This document shows, piece after piece, positions 1-12,412 of a stretch of DNA of 64,000 nt (position 1 is the first letter of the stretch; each line of letters opens with the position of its first letter). A program made the position numbers and the translations under genes. The notes under the pieces are model-generated. The model was given only the letters and a program-made list of their open reading frames with translations. It was not told where the DNA came from and searched no databases. The DNA comes from Proteromonas lacertae (taxonomy: Eukaryota): NCBI GenBank assembly GCA_002245135.1, contig NGBS01000874.1:1-64000 (forward strand). The letters are read 5' to 3'.

Positions 1-738
1 TATTCTACTATCAAAATTCACTCTAAATTCATGATTATATAAATCGATATATAAAAATGAGTGATTACTCTGTTTGGTTGCATAATCATAATAAGACTTG
101 AAAACATCGAAATCGATCCATATATCTAAACTTGCATACAGATTTCGTAAATTAGCCATACTAAGGTTTTTTATACCAAACAGTAATCAAGCTGTAAACG
201 AACTGATGGAGTAATATCAGTGACATATTGACTTGATATAATTACTTTTGACTTGTAATGGCGATTTGACTTAAGTAATTTAGAAACGGATTTATTTCTT
301 AATCAAATGATATATCATCGAATATAAATATATTCTCTGGGTAATCATAATTATCTTTGTCTATATCTTTGATATTATCTAATACTGCATCCAATATATT
401 CACTCTATCTTCATTCACTACTGAATCATAGCAATGGTACTCAATTTGGTTATACTTGAGCATATCAGTGATTTTCTCATATATGATATCCTTGGATATA
501 GTTGCAACGAAAAATACACTACTTGGTCATATCCCTTTTTTAGCAAGTGTTGGATCATATTAATATAAGTGTAGTCTTGCCACTGTTTTCTTAGCTAAAA
601 TAAATATGTTGCAGATTGGCTCCTAAAAATAGTCATATCAAGGACACTATCTTTGGAGCGTTTTCCACATCCTTTGACTACTGTCTCAACAGGATTTATG
701 ACTATGTTGTTTATTTTTTCTAAATTAACTTTACTCAT
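1..738 (-). pseudogene. A32/FtsK-like packaging ATPase, duplicate copy (frameshifted, cut by window edge)
   Basis: Reverse complement of 12413..13156 with several 1 nt indels and the same in-frame TAG. Confidence 0.85.
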
Positions 739-800
739 AACAAAAATAACAAAAATAATTATAAGAAATATAGCGTTATCGATATTATTATGATTATTTT

Positions 801-2277
801 TTAAACTACACTTACAATACCACTTCCATTATTGTAACCATACGTCCAGTGATGATATAGAAACGATGAGATATATCATTATTAGTAAAGTCATTCTTAC
901 CAGGTGTTGAAAATTCAAAGGTTATTTTCAAATCAGTAGCCAAAGGTCTACCTGCCTGGTTCTTAATATAGTCCAAATCCTTAGAGCCAAAATTCAATAT
1001 CTCAAAGAACTTGTCATTGAATTTTTCATCTTTTCTGAATATATCATACCATGAGTCTTGGAATATATTCACGGACAGTCATATAACTATCATAATATTG
1101 CATAAGTGTATAATCTGGCTAATATACAAAATCATTGATCATCCATCTGAATTGTGCATTTTCAGGTATATGTGCATATTTTTAATGATTCTATCCATGG
1201 CCTATAGATAATGTAACGAACAAATGGTCCATTGGAACTATTCAATGTGAATGAATAATTGAATATGCCAGATCCACCTGATGGTACAACAATTTGATGA
1301 CATCTGAAATCATTGAATTGAATAGGTTTTGATAAACAATATTGTTTGGTATTATTGTTGCATTGAGTATCCTTGTTGATATAAGCATAAAATTTAAAAT
1401 TCTTAAATGTCATATTTTTAATACCACCATCCCTATCCCATGCTATAACATTATTTAAATCTTCATTACCATATTCATCAATACAATATTCGGTTGGTGT
1501 ATATGATTTCAAATTTCCATAATTTGCTTTAGTTTGGAATCGAATGCATATATACATTCTCTCTCCAAAGAATACATCGCTCTTTAATGCAGCAAATGTA
1601 TTGTAAAATTTACCTAACTGTAATTTGAAATGTAAAGTTTTCTTATTATTATATTGTATTGCCTGTGCAACTTTATTATTATCTTTATCTTTTAATTCAA
1701 CAAAATTCTTACTTGCATCAGCATCATTAGCTTGATCCATTTTCCACTTATTGATATCTTGTACTAAATAACTATGTTCTTTATCATCCCAAGCTAACTG
1801 AATTCCATCATAGTAATTGTCTTGATAGAATATATCAGATCTCTTTCTAACTAATTCATCCATAAATACACGATATGGTTCATATGAATCATCAAGCTTG
1901 ACCAGATCTGTTCCAGTCTGGTTACAAATTCTAAAAGAGGCCAAGCCAAACCCTTCTTTAATTCCTTTAATATGACTAGGATATAGTACTGCATCATTTT
2001 TAAGTTTAAAATTAATATCATTTGTTTTATAACTAACAGTTCCATTTGCTGCTGCCCCTTTTACTTCAACATCTATATCGAATTGGATATATGACTTAGC
2101 TAAATTGATAATATTATCTCCACTTATCTCCCATCTGATCTCTTCTGAAAACGTATTATCTTCCAACTTGTATTCTGATGTTGATCCCATCGGAGTCAAT
2201 CTCACATAATTATAGAAGGGTAGCATCACAGGGACATCTACACCATGTTTCTGTTCTTTTGGAATAGATAAAGCCAT
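801..2277 (-). pseudogene. Double jelly-roll major capsid protein, duplicate copy (frameshift near 1180)
   Basis: ORFs 1162..2277 and 812..1072 together match 10872..12348. Confidence 0.8.
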
Positions 2278-2309
2278 TAGAAAACAAAAAGAATAAAGAA
2301 ATATAAAAA

Positions 2310-3268
2310 TTAGACTTTAAATACAACAATATCTAAATTAAACTCAATATTATCAAGATTAAGTTCATAGCCATTTTGTTGAGTAATCTGAATAATGATC
2401 ATACCATTGTTATAGGTATTATTGAATCTCTTTGATGTATTCAATATGTCATTATTCTGGTATGTAATAAATGGTAACTCAGGATTTGAAACGGGTATAT
2501 TTCTAATACATTTGAATCTTACATAATATTCACTATGTCTAATCTAATGGATATAGAATTAACCCATATCAAAGAAGGACGAAATGGTAAATGAGTAAAT
2601 GGGAATGGCTTAACCATAATTTCTTGTTGATTCTCTGGTTCTTGAGATGGAATATATTCTTTAAAACAACACCAATAATTATTTTTGGGTATGCCTTATA
2701 TTTTGTAACTAAGATCTTTGGTGATGATCTCTAATTTTTCTATCCAATATACTGGGTCTTTTAGATAGTATATTATATTCATATCATTAGCTACCTCAAT
2801 ATGATATGTTTGATTGTCATCGAAATTGTCTATACGAAATAAATCTCCTTTTCCTTCTATAATAGACACATGTGAACCTTCTTCATTATATGTAGCATCA
2901 TTTATTCCAAAAACATCATATTTCATATCTTTGACTAAATTATTAATCATATGTAATATCTGAGTTTCATCATAGAATCCTTCTGGTATTTTGAGGTGTT
3001 TTATGATGTTTGGATACTTTGGTGTATCTACTTGAACATCATGTCTCCATCCCAATGTGAATACTAATGAAAACTCATCATTTGTTTCTTCCTGTATAGT
3101 TGGGAATGAATTGGGTATAACAGCATGTAATAAGCTGACATGAGTATAATCATCATCGAATGATTGCAATTTTAATGTCTTCTTATACTTGTTTCCTCCA
3201 CCCATGGAATCAGATAATACAATCATATCAGAATTTAAGTAGTATACACGATGATTCGAAACTAACAT
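2310..3268 (-). pseudogene. Minor capsid (penton-like) protein, duplicate copy
   Basis: Copy of 9880..10839 with the same internal TAA codons. Confidence 0.75.
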
Positions 3269-3353
3269 AAGATAAAATCTATTTTGAAAATAAATTCGTT
3301 AATAATGTCAATATTGTCATTATTAGTATTAATTACACTTTTATTTTTTAAAA

Positions 3354-3857
3354 ATGAATAACGATCAGGAGCACAAATTTAGAACAGTGCCATATAACTT
3401 TTGGAACTCTGATAAACAAATACTCATTAATTGCTTTAGAAAGGATGGCAAAATGAGGGCACCAACCAAATCGAAATTATGGAATTTGATATGTGGCGAG
3501 AAAAAGGAATTAACTTATAGTGAGATCAGATATATACTCAAATACGTCGATGAACAGTATAGATTAGACTTGGAATATAGATTCAAAAATGGATGTTGGT
3601 GGGATGAGAGTAAAGAGAAATTAATTCAAAGATTAGGTATTTCTGATGTAGATGAGACTGTGCGCATTACACCTAATATGTTCCTTGAGTGTGTTAACAA
3701 GATTAAGGAGAAAAGAAACCCATCTTTTGAAAAAACTCATCAATTATTAGAAAGTATTATTATGATGAATCATGAAGCTAATATATCACCTCCTCCTAAT
3801 GATAGTAGTAATAAAGAAATAGAAGAAATACAAGCAATAAAGAAAAATCATACTTAA
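3354..3857 (+). CDS. Hypothetical viral protein, 3'-truncated copy of 9192..9794
   Basis: Near-identical to the 200 aa ORF up to EIEEIQ, then runs into pPolB sequence. Confidence 0.6.
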   Translation: MNNDQEHKFRTVPYNFWNSDKQILINCFRKDGKMRAPTKSKLWNLICGEKKELTYSEIRYILKYVDEQYRLDLEYRFKNGCWWDESKEKLIQRLGISDVDETVRITPNMFLECVNKIKEKRNPSFEKTHQLLESIIMMNHEANISPPPNDSSNKEIEEIQAIKKNHT

Positions 3858-6143
3858 AATTTAGACATTGGACTCACCTCCAAACATTGCCAGTTGTTAT
3901 GTATTATGATACTGAAACTTATTTTGTAGCTTATGATAATGAATTGAATTTAAGTAGATATAAATCTATGGAAGAAATAGATGATAATGATACTAGAATA
4001 GAATTATCAAAAACTGAACAATCTATTATGGCTAGACATAAGCTTTATTCCTGCTGTATCTATGTAGATAGTAAAATACCAGATATAAATAGTTTTACTG
4101 TGATTAAATATAAACAAAATGAGGATCATAATATTGAAAATGATTTTGTCTTGGATATATTAAATATATACGATCAAATATGCACAGTTTATAATTACAG
4201 ACTAGCTAATCCTAAACCTTTTGATGGAGATGAAATAGCTAAGGATATACATAATAAAAAGAGAAAATGTGATTTTTGCGGAAAACCATTTAATTCTATT
4301 GATCATGTAAAGGTACTTCACCATGATCATTTCACAGGTCATTATATTGCTTCAATTGGTAGTAATGAGAATCTAAATATTGATATAAAATAATTAAAAG
4401 TACCAATAATAGGTCATAATGCTATGAAATATGACCAGCATTTCATAGTAAAGGATTTAGCCAAATTTGCTGCAATAACTAATAGTCCACTCAATATTAT
4501 ACCTAATACAGATGAAAACTATAAGTGTATACAATACAAAAATTTGGTGTTTATTGACAGTTATTTATTCTTAGCAGGTTCTCTAGCAAATTTAACTAAT
4601 GATCTAAAAATTACAGTAGAATTAAATAATACCTGAGTTCGATAAAGGACATGTAATTTGTCCCTTTTGTAAACATTTGATATTACCTTTTTGTAATATA
4701 AATAAATTATGTGATTTTTTTGTTTATTAAAACATTTATAAGTAAGAATAAAGATAATTAATAATAACATTGATAATCTGGACTACCTTCTTCACTTTGC
4801 TCATCATCTTCTTCACTTATATCTTCCACATTAGTAATTTCTCTATTTTCATCTTCATCACTTCCTACATTTTGTTCTTATTCTCTCTTATTTCTCTCAA
4901 CTAATTCATACTTTAATCTCATAATGTTATTAATAGTATCTAAGTTTAATCTATTTCTCCTGTATGAATGTATTACTCTTTCGATGGAGAAAATTCTCTC
5001 AATAAAAGAGCTTGAACATGGTATTGTTGATATAATATCATAAATTTTCTTTAAATTTCTAAAGTATATGTCATATGTTGCAAACCATATATCGGTTGAA
5101 ATACTTTCGCGAAAAATGGAAGAAGGTAAATAATATATGATATTAAAAATGCAAGAACTCGAGTTAATCAAACATTTTTTCTTTTTTTCTACTTTTTATT
5201 TGTATTTAATCCAGGCATATTTTATAGTACAAATTAGTGCAATGATAAGCATGTATCATGTGAAGCTCTGTTATGTGATGAGTGTTTGTAAATGGGGATA
5301 TTCTTCATTGAACTATACAGAGTTATCTAAGTGGTATAAGTGGGTTAAATATTATTCATATATATAGCAAATATGGCTTAAATGGATTTTCAAAAGATAT
5401 TATTTAGGATATACAAAAATGACTTGAGTATAGTATGTAATACTTAATATTAAGCTTATTTAATGCTATTGCAGAATATTTTTATTAAAAAAACAGAAAC
5501 TTAAACTCAAAAATATAGGACAAAAAAGGACGTGTTAAACTACACGTCCCGGGACAAAGAGGACATGTGTAATCAACGAGAAGTTTTAGTGTATGAAAAG
5601 GACAAGGGACGGGACAAAACACAAAAGGACGTCCCGTTGCCGAACTCAGAATAATACTAGGAAAGAAAAATTCAAAACAATTTACCTATAGAACTACAAG
5701 ACAAATTTAAAGAATACCCATTACTACCTGAAAGGAAGAAAATACCTAAAGAATGGTTATCTGATATACAAACTGAAAGAGCTGAAAATCTTGGTATTAT
5801 ATATAAAGAAAGAGGCACTTACCATGCTACTGAAAAATTAATAACTGATTTGTATCCTAAAGAAAAATATATAATACACTATCAAAATTTGAAGTTTGCA
5901 GTTGAACATGGTTATAAAGTGGGTAAAGTGTACAGAATAATGAGATTTACTGAAGGTCTATATATGGGTAAATATATTAATACTATGGTACAAAAACGAG
6001 TCCAAGCTAAAGAAAACAATCAAAATACTACTGCAGACTATATAAAGAAATTAATGAATAGTTTATACGGTAAATTTATGGAGCGTGTTGAAAAGAGAAG
6101 TAACATTTCTTTAATTACTAATGAAGACCAAATGATTAAATAA
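3835..6143 (+). pseudogene. Protein-primed family B DNA polymerase (Polinton/adintovirus type), internally deleted and interrupted by hAT
   Basis: Exo I YYDTET; EndoVII-like Zn insert CDFC...HHDHFTG; Exo II GHNAMKYDQHF; FIDSYLFL; EYPLLPE; motif B KKLMNSLYGK. In-frame stops and a deletion between the exonuclease and TPR regions. Confidence 0.9.
4633..5649 (-). mobile_element. Non-autonomous hAT transposon (internal deletion) inserted in pPolB
   Basis: CTGAGTTCG...CGAACTCAG termini, 8 bp TSD AATAATAC (4625-4632 and 5650-5657), hAT dimerisation remnant PCSSSFIERIFS. Confidence 0.95.
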
Positions 6144-6154
6144 TAATGAAAGAA

Positions 6155-6187
6155 AGGTTGTTATAGAACACTGTTCTATAACAACCT
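6155..6187. other. Perfect 16 bp stem hairpin
   Basis: AGGTTGTTATAGAACA-C-TGTTCTATAACAACCT. Confidence 0.85.
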
Positions 6188-6773
6188 ATTGTTTTTTTGT
6201 CCGTTTCATAATCAAACCATAATTCAAGCTTATATTATTTTTACGCTTTTCTTTTTGAATTTAAACAAAAATAATTATTCCATTTGAATCCTCATCTTAT
6301 GATGAATCTATTTTTGTAGTTAATTCAAATCATAGAAAGTGAATGACATATAATTTCAAAAAATAATTCAATAAAAACAATCTCAATAGGATGGTCAACA
6401 TATGGTGTGATATGACAACATATATTGGCCATCCTATGTAATAAAAAAACAAAACAAAAAAAATGGAGTTCAAGTCAAATCTCGAAATGCATCTATTTTT
6501 CTAAGTGTTATAGTTAGAGCTAGGATTAGTTTGAATACATAATAAATATATCAATTGATTTGTTTTCTTTTTCTCTATCTTTCTATGTATTTATTTTTTA
6601 TGTTTGACTATAATTGAAATCTAATTTAATTAAAAAAAATTTTGCGTATAATTAGCTACGCATATATACATACACTTATAATAACCCCAAACAAACACTA
6701 TTTTAATGATAAATAATATTTTAATTTTTAAATGATAATAATTGTTTATTTTTTAAGGACTTAATTAGCAGTC

Positions 6774-7531
6774 CTAATCAATTATTACTACTTCGTCATC
6801 GTCAAACATTCTTCTATGTTTCTTTTTCTTTTCTTCTTCTTCATCATCATCATCTTTGTTGTTCTTTCTTTTTCTTTTTGAATCATCATCATCATCTTCT
6901 CTTGATACAATAATGTTACTTTGTTCATCTTTTTCTGTTTCTTGACTGAATCCAGTTGGAAGATCTCCATCTCCCCATTCACTCATGTTATCATCACATA
7001 ATTGTTTCAAATCTATATATAACCAATCCAGAGTTCTGTCATACTATATAAAATAAAATATAAATATATGATATACAATTGATTTTTCATTATCATCACA
7101 ATAGCGGAAAAGATACAATAATTGATCCTTTAAGTATCTGAATTTGGAGATCTTAGCCATATCATTGTGGATAAGGCTACATTTTTTAAAATCATTGATC
7201 CACGCATCAAAGGAACCATAATATATGCTGTCTGGATTAAACCTATTTAAATATATAATATATATATATAATATACTTATATCTATTGCAATCTCTAATA
7301 TGTCTTTGAATGATTGATCCATTAAAGAGAATGTTGTCAAATTCCTTCTCAGTATACCTGCTAGGTATTTCTTTGAAATATACTATGCGTTGATTCATTG
7401 ATATTTTAAAAAGATAAATAGATTTCAAACCTGCCGGCTTGTTCAAATCTATTTTGAAAAAAACTATAAAGGAAACATGATAGATAGAATCTAAGTATTA
7501 TTTATATATACTTACCAGTGTATATACCCAT
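6774..7531 (-). CDS. Multi-exon hypothetical protein with acidic/basic C-terminal tail
   Basis: GT-AG introns 7243..7276 (34 nt) and 7044..7076 (33 nt) join ORFs 7243..7446, 7044..7340 and 6774..7010 in frame. An upstream GTAAGT donor at 7515 gives a start MGIYT-D. Confidence 0.65.
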
Positions 7532-7813
7532 CTCAATTATATCAATATCTCATTTCAGGCAATAATCTAAATCATCTTTGAATATGAAACATATATGAAA
7601 TCTAACTACATAAATCGATTGCTTATGATATGCCATATAATAAGAAACACATCAGATTATTCATTATGTCAATGGATCGTGAGATATTATTTTTTTTAAC
7701 AAACCTCAAACATTTATATTACTAGACAACCTAACGGTGAATATGCTTTTTACATTCATAGATATAGAGACAATAGAGCACATAGATGGGTTATTCAATT
7801 TCCAATTAAAACA

Positions 7814-8182
7814 ATGAAAATATTAAAAAGAAATAAAGTAAAGGTGTTTATATGTGGTTCACTCAGAACTAATAGAAATGATCCAGAAGTACTAGGTGAT
7901 TATAGACATCATGGTGATCAATTAATGATAAACCTCAAAACCTATGGGTATGACAGAAGAGCTTCAATATTAGTAATGAATAGAAAATTAAGAAATGGAG
8001 AACATGAGTATGCAGATGGTGATTGTATTCCTCAAAAATTTAAAAAATATGTTTTTCATCATATGAGTTATCAATGGAATGGAGGGAATTTTTATCACAT
8101 ACATCCAGTTGATAGAAATGTTGCTGATGGAATTAGTAGTAGTAGTAGTAGTAGTAGTAGTAATAGTAGCGACTCTGATTAA
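7814..8182 (+). CDS. Hypothetical protein with Ser-rich tail
   Basis: 122 aa ORF, followed by TGTTTGTT at 8212. Confidence 0.5.
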   Translation: MKILKRNKVKVFICGSLRTNRNDPEVLGDYRHHGDQLMINLKTYGYDRRASILVMNRKLRNGEHEYADGDCIPQKFKKYVFHHMSYQWNGGNFYHIHPVDRNVADGISSSSSSSSSNSSDSD

Positions 8183-8286
8183 ATACTTAAAAATTCTAAT
8201 ATTATTATATATGTTTGTTTTTGTTTGGTAAACATACTATTAATAGTTACTATATTTTAAATAATATCAATTATAAAAATCACAAC

Positions 8287-8659
8287 ATGTCTTATTATGG
8301 AGGATGGCCAAAAGGGTTTAAAATTAGTAAAGACTGGAATACATATATTCCTAAATCAGTTAACAGGAGTAAATGGAGAAAGAGCTATGATTTGTATAGA
8401 GACAAAGTAAAGAATGCACTACAAAACAAAACAAAAGTTAAATTACAATATAGACAATTAATGAAAATGTATGAACGATTATTAGCCTGCTAATCCACCT
8501 AAACAAAGAGGAAGACCAAAAGGAAGTAAAGATAGAGCAAAACGTAAACCAAGACGAGCCGGGCCACGAGCCGCGCCAAAGAATGATCCACATCGTATAG
8601 TTGTGCATAATGGCAGGCATTATCAGTATGGTATTCCAGTTCCTAATATGGATAATTAA
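8287..8659 (+). pseudogene. Basic AT-hook protein (one frameshift near 8480)
   Basis: MSYYGGW... continues in another frame as PKQRGRPKGSKDRAKRKPRR; RGRP is the AT-hook core. Confidence 0.5.
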
Positions 8660-8765
8660 AGTAATTCTATATATATTCTGTTTTTTATGTAATGTTATGT
8701 GTGTTTGTTTTTGGTGTTTGGTATTGCTATATCCGGCCGCCACTTTGCAACTTGAATTGTAATAT

Positions 8766-8836
8766 AAGTTACAACTGGCGCCAGTTGTAACTTGAATTGT
8801 GATGTATCTTACAACTGGCCCATGTTGTAAGATACA
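8766..8836. promoter_or_regulatory. Paired palindromes in an intergenic region
   Basis: Perfect 28 bp AAGTTACAACTGGCGCCAGTTGTAACTT and a related TGTATCTTACAAC-N8-GTTGTAAGATACA. Function is inferred only. Confidence 0.45.
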
Positions 8837-9191
8837 AGTTTAACCAAAAAAACATAATAGAATATAATATAAAAAATATAAAAAATAATTAAATAGTCAT
8901 TTTCCTTTGTTTAGTGATTTCAATAAGAGACTGAATATCCTTAAGTATCTTATCATGTTCTAACCTTTATTCATCATGGCATCTATATTATTTCTAAGTT
9001 CTTCTATGTCTGTATTGTTTGGAATACAATTGTGTGCCTTTAAGTATTTGAAAAGAGCCAAAGCTATCATATGCAATACAAATACGAGAACTGAAAGCAA
9101 AACAGTTATTACATCAAAGTCCATGTGTGTTTATGAGAATCTTATATAAGAAAACAAAATTAATCAAAGTAATGTATTTATTATCAATAAA

Positions 9192-9794
9192 CTAACTTAC
9201 AAGACATTGGTTATTATTAATATATTCATCCTTAATGGATCTTGGTGATATTGGAAATAAGTCATAATCTGTGAGATTGACATTGTCATTGTCATTTTCA
9301 AGCTTGACTTGTATTTCTTCTATTTCTTTATTACTACTATCATTAGGAGGAGGAGGAGGTAATATATTAGCTTCATGATTCATCATAATAATACTTTCTA
9401 ATAATTGATGAGTTTTTTCAAAAGATGGGTTTCTTTTCTCCTTAATCTTGTTAACACACTCAAGGAACATATTAGGTGTAATGCGCACAGTCTCATCTAC
9501 ATCAGAAATACCTAATCTTTGAATTAATTTCTCTTTACTCTCATCCCACCAACATCCATTTTTGAATCTATATTCCAAGTCTAATCTATACTGTTCATCG
9601 ACGTATTTGAGTATATATCTGATCTCACTATAAGTTAATTCCTTTTTCTCGCCACATATCAAATTCCATAATTTCGATTTGGTTGGTGCCCTCATTTTGC
9701 CATCCTTTCTAAAGCAATTAATGAGTATTTGTTTATCAGAGTTCCAAAAGTTATATGGCACTGTTCTAAATTTGTGCTCCTGATCGTTATTCAT
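9192..9794 (-). CDS. Hypothetical viral protein (200 aa)
   Basis: Intact ORF divergent from the mCP gene. Confidence 0.6.
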   Translation of the reverse strand: MNNDQEHKFRTVPYNFWNSDKQILINCFRKDGKMRAPTKSKLWNLICGEKKELTYSEIRYILKYVDEQYRLDLEYRFKNGCWWDESKEKLIQRLGISDVDETVRITPNMFLECVNKIKEKRNPSFEKTHQLLESIIMMNHEANILPPPPPNDSSNKEIEEIQVKLENDNDNVNLTDYDLFPISPRSIKDEYINNNQCLVS

Positions 9795-9879
9795 TTTTAA
9801 AAAATAAAAGTGTAATTAATACTAATAATGACAATATTGACATTATTAACGAATTTATTTTCAAAATAGATTTTATCTT

Positions 9880-10839
9880 ATGTTAGTTTCGAATCATCGT
9901 GTATACTACTTAAATTCTGATATGATTGTATTATCTGATTCCATGGGTGGAGGAAACAAGTATAAGAAGACATTAAAATTGCAATCATTCGATGATGATT
10001 ATACTCATGTCAGCTTATTACATGCTGTTATACCCAATTCATTCCCAACTATACAGGAAGAAACAAATGATGAGTTTTCATTAGTATTCACATTGGGATG
10101 GAGACATGATGTTCAAGTAGATACACCAAAGTATCCAAACATCATAAAACACCTCAAAATACCAGAAGGATTCTATGATGAAACTCAGATATTACATATG
10201 ATTAATAATTTAGTCAAAGATATGAAATATGATGTTTTTGGAATAAATGATGCTACATATAATGAAGAAGGTTCACATGTGTCTATTATAGAAGGAAAAG
10301 GAGATTTATTTCGTATAGACAATTTCGATGACAATCAAACATATCATATTGAGGTAGCTAATGATATGAATATAATATACTATCTAAAAGACCCAGTATA
10401 TTGGATAGAAAAATTAGAGATCATCACCAAAGATCTTAGTTACAAAATATAAGGCATACCCAAAAATAATTATTGGTGTTGTTTTAAAGAATATATTCCA
10501 TCTCAAGAACCAGAGAATCAACAAGAAATTATGGTTAAGCCATTCCCATTTACTCATTTACCATTTCGTCCTTCTTTGATATGGGTTAATTCTATATCCA
10601 TTAGATTAGACATAGTGAATATTATGTAAGATTCAAATGTATTAGAAAATATACCCGTTTCAAATCCTGAGTTACCATTTATTACATACCAGAATAATGA
10701 CATATTGAATACATCAAAGAGATTCAATAATACCTATAACAATGGTATGATCATTATTCAGATTACTCAACAAAATGGCTATGAACTTAATCTTGATAAT
10801 ATTGAGTTTAATTTAGATATTGTTGTATTTAAAGTCTAA
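9880..10839 (+). pseudogene. Minor capsid (penton-like single jelly-roll) protein, about 319 codons with 2 in-frame TAA
   Basis: VSLLHAVIPNSF and KIPEGFY motifs typical of Polinton/virophage mCP. The frame continues past TAA at 10450 and 10627 to ...YELNLDNIEFNLDIVVFKV*. Confidence 0.75.
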
Positions 10840-10871
10840 TTTTTATATTTCTTTATTCTTTTTGTTTTCTA

Positions 10872-12348
10872 ATGGCTTTATCTATTCCAAAAGAACAGAA
10901 ACATGGTGTAGATGTCCCTGTGATGCTACCCTTCTATAATTATGTGAGATTGACTCCGATGGGATCAACATCAGAATACAAGTTGGAAGATAATACGTTT
11001 TCAGAAGAGATCAGATGGGAGATAAGTGGAGATAATATTATCAATTTAGCTAAGTCATATATCCAATTCGATATAGATGTTGAAGTAAAAGGGGCAGCAG
11101 CAAATGGAACTGTTAGTTATAAAACAAATGATATTAATTTTAAACTTAAAAATGATGCAGTACTATATCCTAGTCATATTAAAGGAATTAAAGAAGGGTT
11201 TGGCTTGGCCTCTTTTAGAATTTGTAACCAGACTGGAACAGATCTGGTCAAGCTTGATGATTCATATGAACCATATCGTGTATTTATGGATGAATTAGTT
11301 AGAAAGAGATCTGATATATTCTATCAAGACAATTACTATGATGGAATACAATTAGATTGGGAGTAACGATGAACACAGTTATCTTATTCAAGATGTTAAT
11401 AAATGGAAAATGGATAAAGAAACGGAAGATGAATTTACTAATACTGTAGATATTTATAATGAAAGTGATGACAAAGTAACTAGTGCTATTCTGTATAAGA
11501 ACAAAAAGACATTACATTTTAAATTACAGCTAGGTAAATTTTACAATACATTTGCTGCATTAAAGAGCGATGTATTCTTTGGAGAGAGAATGTATATATG
11601 CATTCGATTCCAAACTAAAGCAAATTATGGAAATTTGAAATCATATACACCAACCGAATATTGTATTGATGAATATGGTAATGAAGATTTAAATAATGTT
11701 ATAGCATGGGATAGGGATGGTGGTATTAAAAATATGACATTTAAGAATTTTAAATTTTATGCTTATATCAACAAGGATACTCAATGCAACAATAATACCA
11801 AACAATATTGTTTATCAAAACCTATTCAATTCAATGATTTCAGATGTCATCAAATTGTTGTACCATCAGGTGGATCTGGCATATTCAATTATTCATTCAC
11901 ATTGAATAGTTCCAATGGACCATTTGTTCGTTACATTATCTATAGGCCATGGATAGAATCATTAAAAAGATATGCACATATACCTGAAAATGCACAGTTC
12001 AGATGGATGATCAATGATTTTGTATATCAGCCAGATTATACACTTATGCAATATTATGATAGTTATATGACTGTCCGTGAATATTTCCAAGACTCATGGT
12101 ATGATATATTCAGAAAAGATGAAAAATTCAATGACAAGTTCTTTGAGATATTGAATTTTGGCTCTAAGGATTTGGACTATATTAAGAACCAGGCAGGTAG
12201 ACCTTTGGCTACTGATTTGAAAATAACCTTTGAATTTTCAACACCTGGTAAGAATGACTTTACTAATAATGATATATCTCATCGTTTCTATATCATCACT
12301 GGACGTATGGTTACCAATAATGGAAGTGGTATTGTAAGTGTAGTTTAA
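10872..12348 (+). CDS. Major capsid protein, about 491 aa (single +1 G at about 11360, possibly a sequencing error)
   Basis: N-terminal IRWEISGDNIINLAKSYIQFDI pattern, size, and position between mCP and ATPase. Removing one G from TTGGGAG joins the two ORFs. Confidence 0.8.
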
Positions 12349-12412
12349 AAAATAATCATAATAATATCGATAACGCTATATTTCTTATAATTATGTTTTT
12401 GTTATTTTTGTT

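Larger units (their letters stand above)
1..3834 (-). repeat. Inverted duplicate of 9308..13156 (capsid module of virus A), runs off the window start
   Basis: Position 1 onward is the reverse complement of sequence ending at 13156. ORF 2696..3268 is identical to 9880..10452 and ORF 3354.. matches 9192..9794. Identity ends at ATACAAG (3834/9308). Confidence 0.95.

Noticed and set aside
5137..5367. Small ORFs repeated in hAT copies and TIRs (also 30783, 49915, 23298, 31128, 49395)
   Set aside because: Their recurrence reflects repeat identity; there is no independent coding evidence.
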